A stretch of DNA of 64,000 nt, taken from positions 166,532,001 through 166,596,000 of the forward strand of contig NC_042998.1 of assembly GCF_006345805.1 (NCBI RefSeq), read 5' to 3'. Position numbers and translations under genes: made by a program. How positions within the stretch are numbered: the stretch's first letter is position 1; every line of letters starts with the position of its first letter. Of the stretch, positions 1 to 11,369 are shown piece by piece. The notes under the pieces were generated by a model. It did no database searches. It was given only the letters and a program-made list of their open reading frames with translations, and had not been told where the DNA came from. Source of the DNA: Octopus sinensis (Eukaryota).

Positions 1-362
1 AACATAATTTCTAAGTAACTAAAATATTTTAAACTTCGTATACTGGTAGAATGTGTTTATAAAACATCTTTTTCTCTTGGCTTTATTGAGAAAATTCTAT
101 AGTTTGTAAGATATTTGTTGTTTTTTTTCTTCAATTTCTGCAATTTCAACCAATCAGTGACGTCTATTGAGTTAAAAAGCATTTTGTGCCGTATGAATAT
201 GTCCCTCGTTTAAGAAACACATTGGTTTATTTACATTTGTGAAGAAAAAAATACACTCCCCCCACCCCTAACCCTAACCCTAAAAGAGATTGAAATGCAA
301 TAGATCGATTCTAGAGTCATAATTATGGGTGACAAATTATGGGTGACAAACCGAAAAGATCC
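1..362 (-). mobile_element. Partial MITE, same family as 41074-41493, cut by the window start
   Basis: Reverse complement matches the 41074-41493 element along its length. It ends in ...aaaccgaaaagatcc (TIR) and contains ccctaaccctaaccctaa; there is a small rearrangement next to the TIR. Confidence 0.85.
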
Positions 363-494
363 TGCAGTTTTTTTTTCTTTACTATGATGTCTCTAAGAAA
401 CGACATGGTTACAGCAGAACATATTTTAATCTAGCTATAAATACGAGAGAATGAAAGGAAATGACAATTAGTGATGTCCACTAGATGTCTTCAC

Positions 495-871
495 AAAAAT
501 TGCGAACAAATGTAATAATTAAATTAAATTTGTACTATATTTGTGTCATAGGCTGGGCTGAAAATGGGAGCGGTGTGCAGGAGGAGAACCGTCTCCATTT
601 TTCATCTCACACGAAGTGGCTTACAGAGTCTAACACCTCCTCTGCCCCAACCTCGGCCTCTCGAATCAGCTGTTTGTAGAGAGTAAAGTAATCGGACATT
701 AGCTTCCACGTTGATTCATCAGGTAGAGTTAAAATATATATAACAACAGTGTTATATATATGTGAAAATGGAGACGGTTCTCCTCCTGCACACCGCTCCC
801 ATTTTCAGCCCAGCCTATGACACAAATATAGTACAAATTTAATTTAATTATTACATTTGTTCGCAATTTTT
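495..871. repeat. Long inverted repeat with ~109-bp arms
   Basis: 495-604 is nearly the exact reverse complement of 763-871; spacer about 158 bp. Confidence 0.9.
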
Positions 872-1023
872 AACAGAAAAAGCGAACAGAACGAAGATAT
901 TTTCTTTTTAACACGAAAAACTCTTGCAACAATGGGACGCACACATACACAAAGCTACACACAACGGTTGCGTTTATATATGCACATCATACATTGCATA
1001 GAGGGACAGATAGATATACATAT

Positions 1024-1081
<58 letters not shown>

Positions 1082-1095
1082 TATATATAATACAT

Positions 1096-1340
1096 GCGCC
1101 CTTTTAAAGTCTAGCCAGGCTCATGGGCCCGGTTTCCCGGTTTCAATGGCGTGTGTGCTCCCCAACTGGACGGGACGCCAGTCCATCGCAGCATTACTCA
1201 TTTTTGCCAGCTGAGTGAACTGGAGCAAACGTGAAATGAAATGTTTTGCTCAAGAACACAACCAGTCGCCCGGGCAAGGAATCGAAACTACAATCTTACG
1301 ATCATGGTGCTGACACCCTAACCACTAAGCCACGCGCCTC

Positions 1341-1341
<1 letters not shown>
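1096..1341 (-). mobile_element. tRNA-headed SINE ('SINE-D')
   Basis: Minus strand starts ggaggcgcgtggcttagtggttag (A box) and has gtttcgattcc (B box), then gtgttcttgagcaa and ctgcgatggactggcgtcccgtccag. Related pieces at 46060-46390 and 51700-51793. Confidence 0.8.
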
Positions 1342-1410
<69 letters not shown>

Positions 1411-1425
1411 TGTGTGTGTGTGTGT

Positions 1426-1483
<58 letters not shown>

Positions 1484-1516
1484 TGTATGTATGTATGTAT
1501 GCATACACACATAGTT

Positions 1517-2347
1517 ATCGATAGAAGACACAAAATTCAGGTAATCGATATAAACAATTTTCCTTTATAACATCAGAGTACTTAAGGCAAATATCATAAA
1601 ACCGTAAAAAAAAAATACATGTGTGTGTACAGAATTACACAAAAATACATAAAAATATACACATAGATACATATGAACATATAAAATTGTGCATGGATAT
1701 ATAAATTGGTATGCGACTGCCTGAACTCGGTACATCTGTGTTTGAAACAAGGAAGAAAGTTATAGATACATGGGCAATATGTGACAATATATGTAATTAA
1801 TTAAAAGATATTAAAGGCATTCCATAGCAGAGATGAAGTCTAATACTCATCCTACGATCGTTTCGGGAAAATGTTACTGGGGGTGGATAAAGTATTCCTA
1901 TTTGTCTTTCATATAAACGGTTCCTTCATCAGGATGCACATGACACAGGGTGCACTTAGATCCTCTTAATTTGGAATAGAGAAAGTCATTACGTATATTG
2001 TCACATATTGCCCATGTATCTATAATTTTCTTCCTTGTTTCTAACACGGATGTACCGAGTTCAGGCACTCGCATACCATTTTATATATCCATATATATTT
2101 TTATATGTTCATATGTATTTATGTGTATATTTTTGTGTATTTTTGTGTAATTCTGTCCACGCATATGTATTCTTTTACGGTTTTATGAGATCTGCTTTAA
2201 GTACTCCGAAATTATAAAGGAAAATGGTTTATCGATTACCTGAATTTTGTGTCTACTATCGATGTCTATATTATTCATCTAGTTTATATTCTGAGCACTA
2301 CATTGTTGTTCTATATACGGAATTAATTCCTTCATTCTTTCCTTGAA
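1517..2347. mobile_element. Penelope-pLTR-like fold-back element with ~280-bp inverted arms
   Basis: 1517-1797 is the diverged reverse complement of 1988-2263. The spacer holds an HHR-like motif and the element is flanked by microsatellites. Confidence 0.65.
1848..1936 (-). ncRNA. Type I hammerhead ribozyme-like motif
   Basis: Minus strand reads catc-CTGATGA-aggaa...ttccc-GAAA-cgatcg-TA-ggatg: palindromic stem III, long stem II, stem I catc/gatg with one extra G. Confidence 0.6.
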
Positions 2348-2522
2348 TATATATATATAATGGAACAAAAACGTAATAGAGGACAATAAAACATTCGGTC
2401 AGATAGACGATACAAAGGTGGACGGGAAAAATAACAATAAGAAGGACAGGGGGGAAAAGGACGGATCAATCGTGGCCTTCTTTCTTCAGTCAAGTTACTA
2501 GCTAGATATCCTTACAGTTTCG

Positions 2523-2553
<31 letters not shown>

Positions 2554-2559
2554 TCTTTA

Positions 2560-2783
2560 ACTTGTTTCAGTCATTTGTAGCGGCCATGTTAGAGCACCGC
2601 TTTAAAGGGTTTTCTAGTCGAAGAAATCGCCCCCAGAACTTATTCCTTGTAAGCCAAGTACTTATACTATCAGATTCTTTTGCCGTACTGCTAAGTTACG
2701 GGGACGTAAAAACACCAACATCAGTTCTCAAGCGATTGTGGAGCTGGTACAAACCCAAACACACACGCATATACACTTTTACA

Positions 2784-2838
<55 letters not shown>

Positions 2839-3370
2839 GAGGGACTTCTTTCAGTTTCCGTCCCCCACGAGATTATAGTGCCATACAGTGGGACTGTATA
2901 GTGCCATACAGGTGCCATACAGTGGGACTGAACCCGGAACCATGTGGTTTGGAAGCAAGTTTCTTACCAAAGGACCACGCCAGCGTCTTGCTTCCCAACC
3001 ACATGGTTCCGGGTTCAATCTGACTGCGTTCCCCCTGGGCAAGTGTCTTCTGCTATAGCTTCGAGCCGACCAAAGTTTGAGTGGATTTGGCAGACGGAAA
3101 CTGGAAGAAACTCATCGTATACATATATATATATATATGTATATATTTATATATGTTTGTTTTTATGTCAGTGTCTTCCCCCGCTGTTTGACAACCGATG
3201 TTGGTGTGCTTACACCCTCCGTAACATAGCGGTTCGGTAAAAAGAGACTGATAGAATAAGCATCAGGCTTTAAAAAAGTTCTGGGATCTATTTGCTCAAC
3301 TAAAATCCTTCAAGGCGGTACCCCAGCATGGCCGCAGTCCAATAAATGAAACAAGTAAGAGATAAAAGAT
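2560..3370. mobile_element. Two divergent copies of tRNA/CORE-like SINE ('SINE-A')
   Basis: Minus copy ~2560-2980 and plus copy ~2985-3370. Shared blocks: ggttccgggttca, gggcaagtgtcttc, internal (TA)n and tail ccagcatggccgcagt. Confidence 0.8.
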
Positions 3371-3381
3371 TTATGTTATAT

Positions 3382-3662
3382 TTATATGGATTCATCGCTA
3401 GATGATGGCACGTGTCTCTCCTTTCCCCCAACAGTGCGACTGGAGCAACGCCACGTATCAACAGTCAGTACAGAGATCACCTCTCCGGGTGGTGGTGGTG
3501 GTGGTGGTGGTGGTGGTAGGGGGAATGATTGAATTGACGATTTAGATGAAACGATGATAATCCTAGTCATGTCTGATTTAAGCCAACATGGGTGGTCCAC
3601 GCACATATCAAGGACCTTTTTCCAGTCTGGTTCTTTCTGACACAGAGGAAATTCACTGCCAT
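3382..3662 (-). CDS. Candidate terminal exon of an unidentified host gene
   Basis: Strong polypyrimidine acceptor ctccctctttctccctctcag at 3663. Two frames are open downstream (xGSEFPLCQKEPDWKKVLDMCVDHPCW... to a stop at 3382, or MAVNFLCVRK... to a stop at 3567). No homology recognised. Confidence 0.3.
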
Positions 3663-4636
3663 CTGAGAGGGAGAAAGAGGGAGACAAACAGACAGACAAA
3701 CAGAAAGACAGATATACAGAGACAGAATCAGAGAAGCGGTGAAAGTCAGCACTGCACGACTCTAACTCTAAAACCTTAAGAGGAGACCCACCACATTTCT
3801 AGATTTCATTCCTTGATTTCATCTGCACATGTTAACAGGCATTGTTATTTTATCCTATCAATTGCCATTCGAGCGTCCGGACTATCAGCCATGCTACTCG
3901 TGTATGTGAAACTGCATGCAATGCATTTGTAAGCCATAGTGGTGGTACAAATATTTACAAATGAAAACGTGGGATGGGTACTGGTTTATTTCGGTCTGTG
4001 CAATAACTGGTCTACTTATCTTTATCGCTCTCCCTCTGTAAATATGTAAGGTAGTTATATTATATATACATATACATGTACAGAGAGAGAGAGAGTGAGA
4101 TACGTATATGTGTATATTATATACATACAGGCATACATACGTATATGTATATACAAATATATATGTTTGTATAAATATATATACATATATGTATATGCAT
4201 ATATATGTATATGTATATGAATATATCTATATATATTTGCATATTAAGATCCTTTTTATATTTATATGTATTGCTCTTATGGTATCATCTTACTCATTGA
4301 TGTGTACTGTTTTATTCTGTATTATTCTGTTTGATCTGGATGTTCCTAAATAATTAGTTAATAAATTATATGAATTGGTATTATCTAGTAGTTGATGATT
4401 GATTAAAATCTATTCCTCCATTTTCTTATTTTGTACATATATATATGTATATATATATATATGTGTATATGTATATATATATATACGTATATATACATAT
4501 ATATATGTATGTATGTATATGTATGTATATATGTATGTATATGTATATATATATATGCATATATACATACAAATGTATATATATATGCATATATGTACAT
4601 ATAAATGTATATATATATATATACATATATACATAG

Positions 4637-4697
4637 GCGCCGGAGTGGCTGTGTGGATAGGCGCAGGAGTGGCTGTGTGGTAAGTAGCTTGCTAACC
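4637..4697 (+). mobile_element. 5' part of a SINE-A tRNA head interrupted by the Tx1 LINE
   Basis: ggcgcaggagtggctgtgtggtaagtagcttgctaac; the SINE resumes at 10065. Confidence 0.85.
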
Positions 4698-5086
4698 TCA
4701 CTGACTGAAGAGTGACTTTGCTCACCGTACTACGGTTTGGACGCGTTTTCTTCCCGGTAAGAATTTTGCTGTGTTGTTAATTGTTGAATTTCTACTACTG
4801 AAAATTTGTCTTTAAACGTTGCTGAACTGTCTTGTTCTCCGGTTTTACCGGGGAATAATTGGATAATTTCTTACCGTTGAACTGTTAGCCATTGTGGCTT
4901 TTTATTTACGTGACTATATATAGTCCTGCCAGACTATTTTCGTGCCCCTCCCCCGAATGGGGGTGGGAATTGGAATTTTTGAACTGCTTTTTTGAACTAC
5001 TTTGGAAGAAAAACTTTCTGTAGGTTTCCCAGTTTTGTGGGAAACCAATATTCGTAATTTTTGTGTTGTCTAATTTCAACAGAATA

Positions 5087-6445
5087 ATGCCTGTTGAAAT
5101 TATCCACGAAAGTAGTGCTCTTGAGGAGAGCAATGTTAAAAAATTTTCTGCGGTAGCCGCAGTGGCTACCGAGAACATTGACATCGATGTCAACCAGCTC
5201 GTCGAGCTATTTAAAAGAATGCAAGAGGAGGGTGGTAATGTTAAAATATCACCCTCCGCCAGTATCGTGGAGACCGAGAAGCGGACCGTAGTGTTTAAAA
5301 CTTTCTGTCCACAAAGCAGAAGGTTCAAACACTTTGAAAAAAGCACCATCGAGAAATGCCTGTCCCCGATTTGGAAGGACATCGTGTACGTCGCCAGGGG
5401 ACGGGCATATGGCACTGTGGATGTCCGCTTCTCGGGGGAAGAAATGGCCCGCGGGCATTCTGTGAACCCCCTAAAAACCAAGGAAGTGGTACTTTTCCGA
5501 AGCTATAGGGGACGCAGGACGTCCCGGGTCAGGATTGTAGAAGCCCCGCCGGAAGTAGATCCGGTAGAGGTAGTGGCCGCCCTGTTATATAAAAGGGCGG
5601 ACAAAATAAAAATACTAGAAGTAACATGCTCTACCCCTCGATTTTGGCTCGAGCGTAACATTAATATATTAATTCAAGGAACAGCGGAGGACATGCAGCT
5701 CCTTCCTGAGAGGGTGCTCGTGGGCGAGAACGTAGCCCTCAGGGTACAGGTCGAAGGCCGAAAACCCACCTGTTACGCCTGCGGCAAAAAGGGCCACATT
5801 CGTGTAGACTGTCCAGACAAGCAAAAGAAACCGCAGACACCAGGCCCCTCAGATAATAAAAAAGTCCCTACCCTTGCAAACACACCTACCCCTACAAAAA
5901 CAAAAAATCCCACTCCTGCTGTTACGGTGCCAACCCCAAAATAGACTGAAGAAAAAACCCAGCCCTCGCACTCACAAACCCCTACACTATTAAAACCTCC
6001 CACCCCCCTAAAAACTGCGGCGCCTACCGAACAAACTATTGCTACCCCAGACGATACCATGGAGGTATCAGAGGGGGGATTTACACCAGTTCGTAAAAGA
6101 ATTCGTGCAGCATCCCCGTCCACATCCCCTACAAAAAATAATAAAAACAAAGACACTCCACAGACACGGAAAAAAAAATCCCGCTCAACTGGCCCAGAAA
6201 AAGAAGACAAAAAAGAAAATGAACTCATATTAATTGAATTCGACACACAAGACAAATACATAAACGATATTGTGGTTCAGCATCAGTCAGCAAGACTGTA
6301 CAACAAATACAAAGATCGAAATAGACACGCGTGGATTGCGGAAACAACGTTCAAACAATTAAAAGACAGACACCCAAACGCCATCCGGCATATCGCGAAC
6401 TTGCCGGACTATCTGAAGAAAGAGGAGAACTTTTACTTTTTGTAA
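5087..6445 (+). pseudogene. LINE ORF1 (gag-like, zinc knuckle) with one in-frame stop
   Basis: CYACGKKGHIRVDC (CX2CX4HX4C) followed by a Pro/Thr/Lys-rich region. ORFs 5063-5944 and 6059-6445 are in the same frame, split by TAG at 5942-5944. Confidence 0.85.
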
Positions 6446-9400
6446 TGGCTTCGCTTAACCTTGGTTGTTTAAATGTGCGTGGTCTGAGTTCGAAGTGGAA
6501 GCAGACTTGTTTCCTCGACGACCTCAGATCACATGATATACATGTGATGGTTGCTACAGAGACCAAGCTGGACAGCCTACAAACCTTCTCGCCTCTCCTG
6601 AATGGCTACGAGAAAATCATGTCTCCTGGCCAGACCGGAGGGCGAGGGGGCGTAGTGGTACTGATCCGTAAAGACTTGGCTCTACAGACAAGTACAGTCT
6701 ATGTAGACCCAGAAGGTGGGCTGGTCGTCCTTGATGTGACATACAGCAGTAAGGCCTTCAGGTTGATCGGACTCTATGCACCTTGTGCTAGAGGTTTCCA
6801 AACTGATTTTTATCGGCGCCTAGAGGGCTTTCTCGTGACGTCGAAGACTTTAGTGATATTAGGGGACTTTAATGCTATCGTTGACGTACATATCGATAGC
6901 GTTGGCTCGATCTATAGGAAAGTGAACTCACATCTCGTGGATCTGCTTAAGCGGTTTCAGCTAGCAGATCGTTACAGACTTGACCATCCGAACGTCCCAG
7001 AGTGGACCTGGATGAGTGGCGACGGAAGGTTCAAGTCTTATCTAGACAGGATAGTGATAAGAACTAGAGATAAGTCTAGTTTTAGTTGTCCACAGCTCGT
7101 CCAGGTGCCCTATACTGACCATAGAATGGTCACGTGTAGACTGGACATAGATAGCACACTTAAGATAGGAACCGGCTACTGGAAGCTGAACAAGTCTATT
7201 TTGACACGCGAGGCATACCGTAGCCGGATTAAGGTGTTAGTGCAGAGGGCGTTAACCGGAGCCGTGGTTAATAACCGGTGGTGGTTCACCCTCAAAAGAG
7301 CCATTCGATTCGAGTCCATTAGATTTAGTAAACAACTAAGACTAGATAGGGCTAGAATAGAAGGGCAACTAGTTAAGAACTTAGAGGAGGCGTTGAGGTT
7401 GGGCTCTGCATCTCACATTTTAGCGGCGAGAACGGCATTAGACCGTCACCTCAAAACCAAACATGAGGGATGCAGAGTCCGGGCTAAAGTACGAGCATTG
7501 GGCCGTGAGGGAATTAATGTTGCCGGATGGGCGCGTACGATAGAAACACAGCGTGGAAACGATTCCACAATTGGGTCTCTTGTTGATGAAAACGGACGCA
7601 CGATCAAGAACCGGGACGAGATGTGTGAGGCACTTCACAAGCACTTCGCCGAGTTGTTCGGGAGGTGCGGGACGCTGGATCATGGTGAGGCCCTTAGGGA
7701 CTTCCTGTCTGGTGGCCCGCGCCTCTCGACACGAGAGGCTGAGTGCTGTGAAGGGCCAATCACAGCCGAGGAAGTAATCGAGGTGTTGGGCAAGTGCCCC
7801 GGGGAGAAGTCGCCGGGTCTCGATGGTCTGCCCTATGAATTTTATAGAAGTATGCCAGACTTGTTCGGGCACCTGCTGGCTAGCGTCTACGCCAACTGGC
7901 AGCAGAATGGGAGAATTCCAAGTCTGCGAGCCGGGGGGCGGTGACGTTGATCAGGAAGGACCCGAACAAGGGGGACGAGATAGGGAACTTCAGGCCCATA
8001 ACTCTGTTAAACACAGAGTTAAGATTCTGGCCAAGGTGCTAGCAAAAAGGTTGGCGCGGGTCGTGGACAAACTTGTCGGGGAAGCGCAAACGTGCGCTAT
8101 CCCCGGCAGAACGATCCACGACAATCTCCACCTTATACGCTACTCCTTAGAGAGGGTGGGGAAGCTTTCTGGCGCAGGGGGAGCACTGGTACATTTAGAC
8201 CAGTCCAAAGCATTTGATAGGGTCGACCATCGGTACCTGGCGGCGGTCCTCGGAGAGGCTGGCCTAGGCCCGACCTTTCGAGGTTGGATCGCTGCTTTGT
8301 ATAGCGACATCGAGTCTGTAGTCAAGGTGAACGGTTCCTTTTCGAAGCCGTTCAGGATCGAGCGTTCAGTTCGTCAAGGGTGTCCCCTGTCCTCGCTCCT
8401 ATACGTATTGGCTCTTGAGCCTTTGCTGCGGAAGTTGGAGGCACTAGGGGGCGCGCCGCATGATCTATGGTGTGGAAGAGGAGATACGGCGTATGCGGAT
8501 GACACATCCATCATCGTGGCAGACGAAGGCCAGCTTCCAGTGGTGGAAGAGGCCATCAAAAGCTACGAGGCGGTGGCAGGAGCAAAGGTTAACAAGGACA
8601 AGTCGGTCGGTTTGCAACTCGGCACCTGGAGAGGCAAGCCGATGCCGTCCAATAACGTCGTAGGGCGTTGGACGGAAGGTCCTGTTAAGCTGCTCGGAGT
8701 CTGGTTCGGGCCAGACCTCCAGATTGAGAAAAATTGGAGTGAGGTGGCCAACAAGGTGACCGCTCTAACCCAGACCTGGTCTGGGCGAGCGTTATCCCTG
8801 CTAGGGAAGGCGGAGGTGGTGCAGATGTTATAGCATCAGTAATCACCTACCGTCTGACCGTGGTGCCTTGCCCCGATTTGTGGCTGAACAGTTGGAGAGA
8901 ATCCTTTTCCGATTTTTGTGGAAAGGAGGAAAGCCACTTGTAAAGCGCTCTGTCTGCTGCCAGAAACCGCTAAAGGGTGGGCTAGGGATGCCTTGGCTGA
9001 GGAGGCGAAAACTCGCGTTAAGGTTGAGGCACCTCTGGCTTTACCTGGATGGAGAGCAGGTGTGGTCGCCGCACGTCCGGTTCTACCTTCCCCAGTTAAC
9101 ATCCCTAACGGACATCGGTGCATGGATCAAGCGGAGACCTAAACTGAGTGAATGACATTTGGAGTGCCGCTCCAGCTACTATCTCGGGTGGGCAACGCCG
9201 GCAACAGGAGTTCCACCACGGATTTCTACAGCGGATTAGTGGAGATTAAGTCCGAAGACGCCTTGGGGGAGACCCTGGGCTACGATGAAAATCAGTTGGT
9301 CAACCTGTTCCGGAGGACGTTCGGGCCGGGGTATCTGGATAATTACCAGAAATCCCTGGCCTGGCAGTGTTTCCGTGCGGCGGCTACCTGTTCGCGACAA

Positions 9401-9836
9401 GCTGTCAAGGCACGGTAGTGCCGTCTCGCCGACATGCCCGCGATGTGAGCAGGATAGGGAGACCGTCTTGCACGCATTCGTGGAGTGTCCGGAGTTATCG
9501 GGACTGATAGCTTTTGTTGAACAACTGTTGTCAGTGATGGGAAGAGTACAGCTATCGGCTGAGTCTATCATCGAGATTGTGCCGCCCCCTTTCCTTAACA
9601 GGGAGAAGAAAGGCTTGTTTTTCTGTGTAGTAGCCATACTGAAAGAAACAGTATGGAAGACGCGTACGAAAGGTATAGTGACAGGCACCTTTGTCTCCGG
9701 CCAGGGGTTGATTAACTTTTTTAGTTACCACCTCAGTAGCAAAATCAGGCTGGAGAAGAGGTGTCTGTCACGAGATATGTTTGTGAAAAGATGGAAGCCT
9801 GTGGCATACAAGATGGGTATGTTTGGCACCAGGTAA
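6445..9836 (+). pseudogene. LINE ORF2: AP endonuclease, reverse transcriptase and C-terminal zinc finger, frameshifted
   Basis: APE motifs LNVRGL, ETK, LYAP, GDFN, LDR, TDH. RT motifs KSPGLDG, FRPITLLN, LDQSKAFD, VRQGCPLS, YADD. CPRC...ETVLHAFVEC. Frame breaks near 7930, 8020, 8830-8880, 9150 and 9380. Confidence 0.93.
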
Positions 9837-10064
9837 GTGTGACCGGATCAGAAAGTAAAGGTTCTACCCGGATGGCTGGGTGTCCGTCCTTCGACATGAT
9901 CATTAATATTTTTAAACATTGCCTTCGTAAAATTCATTGTTTATAATCTTATCCGTAATTTCATTCGAAAATTGTAACTGTGTTAAGCTACTTCACCCTT
10001 TATATTTGTCTGTCCTTGTTTGTCCCCTCTTTGTAAATGCCTAAATGGCAAATTATATGAAATA

Positions 10065-10205
10065 AAGTAGCTTGCTAACAACAACCACATGATTCCGGGT
10101 TCAGTCCCACTGCCTGGCATCTTGGGCAAGTGTCTTCTGCTATAGCCCCGGCCGACCAATGCCTGTGAGTGGATTTGGTAGACGGAAACTGAAAGAAACC
10201 TGTCG

Positions 10206-10268
<63 letters not shown>

Positions 10269-10480
10269 GTTTGTGTGTCTGTGTTTGTCCCCCTAGCAAT
10301 GCTTGACAACCGATGCTGGTGTGCTTACGTCCCCGTCACTTCGCAGTTCGGCAAAAAGAGACCGATAGAATAAGTACTGGGCTTACAAAGAATAAGTCCC
10401 GGGGTCGATTTGCTCGACTAAAGGCGGTGCTCCAGCATGGCCGCAGTCAAATGACTGAAACAAGTAAAAGAGTAAAGAGT
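10065..10480 (+). mobile_element. 3' remainder of the interrupted SINE-A
   Basis: B box ggttcagtccc, CORE-like cttgggcaagtgtctt, internal (TA)n(TG)n, tail ggcggtgctccagcatggccgcagtcaaatgactgaaacaagtaaaagagt. Confidence 0.9.
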
Positions 10481-10639
10481 AATATATATATACATATATA
10501 ATATATATATATATATATATATAAGTATGTATGTATATGTTTATGTATATATATATAAGTATGTATGTATATGTTTATGTATTTATATACATACAAATGT
10601 TTATATATATATATATGCATATATATCCATACATACATA

Positions 10640-11015
10640 CAGGAGTGGTGATAATCTTGCTTCGCAAACACATGGTTCCGGGTTCGGAGCCAATGCGTGC
10701 CACCTTGGGCAAGTGTCTTCTACTATAGCCTCGGGTCGACCAAAGGCTTGTGAGTGGATTTCGTATGCGGAAACTGAAAGTGGCCTGTCATATATATCTA
10801 TATATATGAATGTGTTTCTTGCTTGTCGCTGTGTTTGTCCTCCCACCATCGCTTGACAACCGATGCTGGTGTGTTTACTTCCCCGCTACTTAGCAGTTCT
10901 GCCAAAAGAAACCGAGAGAATAAGTACTAGGCTTACAAAGAATAAGTTCTCGGGTCGATTAATTTGACTAAATGTGGTGCTTCGACATAGCCACCGCCAA
11001 ATCACTGAAACAAGT
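10640..11015 (+). mobile_element. SINE-A copy
   Basis: Same head, body and tail blocks as 10065-10480, more diverged. Confidence 0.8.
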
Positions 11016-11201
11016 CAATGGGCATATATATACATATATACGTGTGTGTGCGTGTGTACATAAATATATTTATATATGAATGTATATATATATATATATA
11101 AACATGTATGTATGTATATATATATATATATGTATATATACATGTATATATATTTATATATGAATGTATATATATATATATGTATGTACATATGTATATA
11201 C

Positions 11202-11232
<31 letters not shown>

Positions 11233-11307
11233 TATATATACATATATATATGTATGTACATATGTATATATACATATATATATATACATATATATGTATA
11301 TATACAT

Positions 11308-11369
11308 GTGACTCGAACTCACATCCCTGTGATTACGCGTCAAATGCTTTACCATTAAGCTAAACTGCC
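11308..11369 (-). pseudogene. Truncated tRNA-like sequence (anticodon position reads CGT, Thr)
   Basis: ggcagtt-tagcttaatggtaaagca-tttga-cgcgtaa-tcaca-gggat-gtgagttcgagtcac. A and B boxes are present; the 3' acceptor strand is missing. Confidence 0.5.

Larger units (their letters stand above)
4698..10064 (+). mobile_element. Near full-length Tx1-clade (L1 group) non-LTR retrotransposon
   Basis: 5'UTR, CCHC ORF1, APE-RT-CCHC ORF2, short 3'UTR with A-rich end. 15-bp TSD aagtagcttgctaac at 4682-4696 and 10065-10079. Confidence 0.92.

Noticed and set aside
690-730. HHR in the spacer of the first inverted repeat
   Set aside because: CTGATGA is present on the minus strand, but GAAA reads GAAG and stem I does not pair.
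5773-9688. Antisense and alternative-frame ORFs over the LINE
   Set aside because: Shadow frames of GC-richer LINE coding sequence with no motifs of their own.
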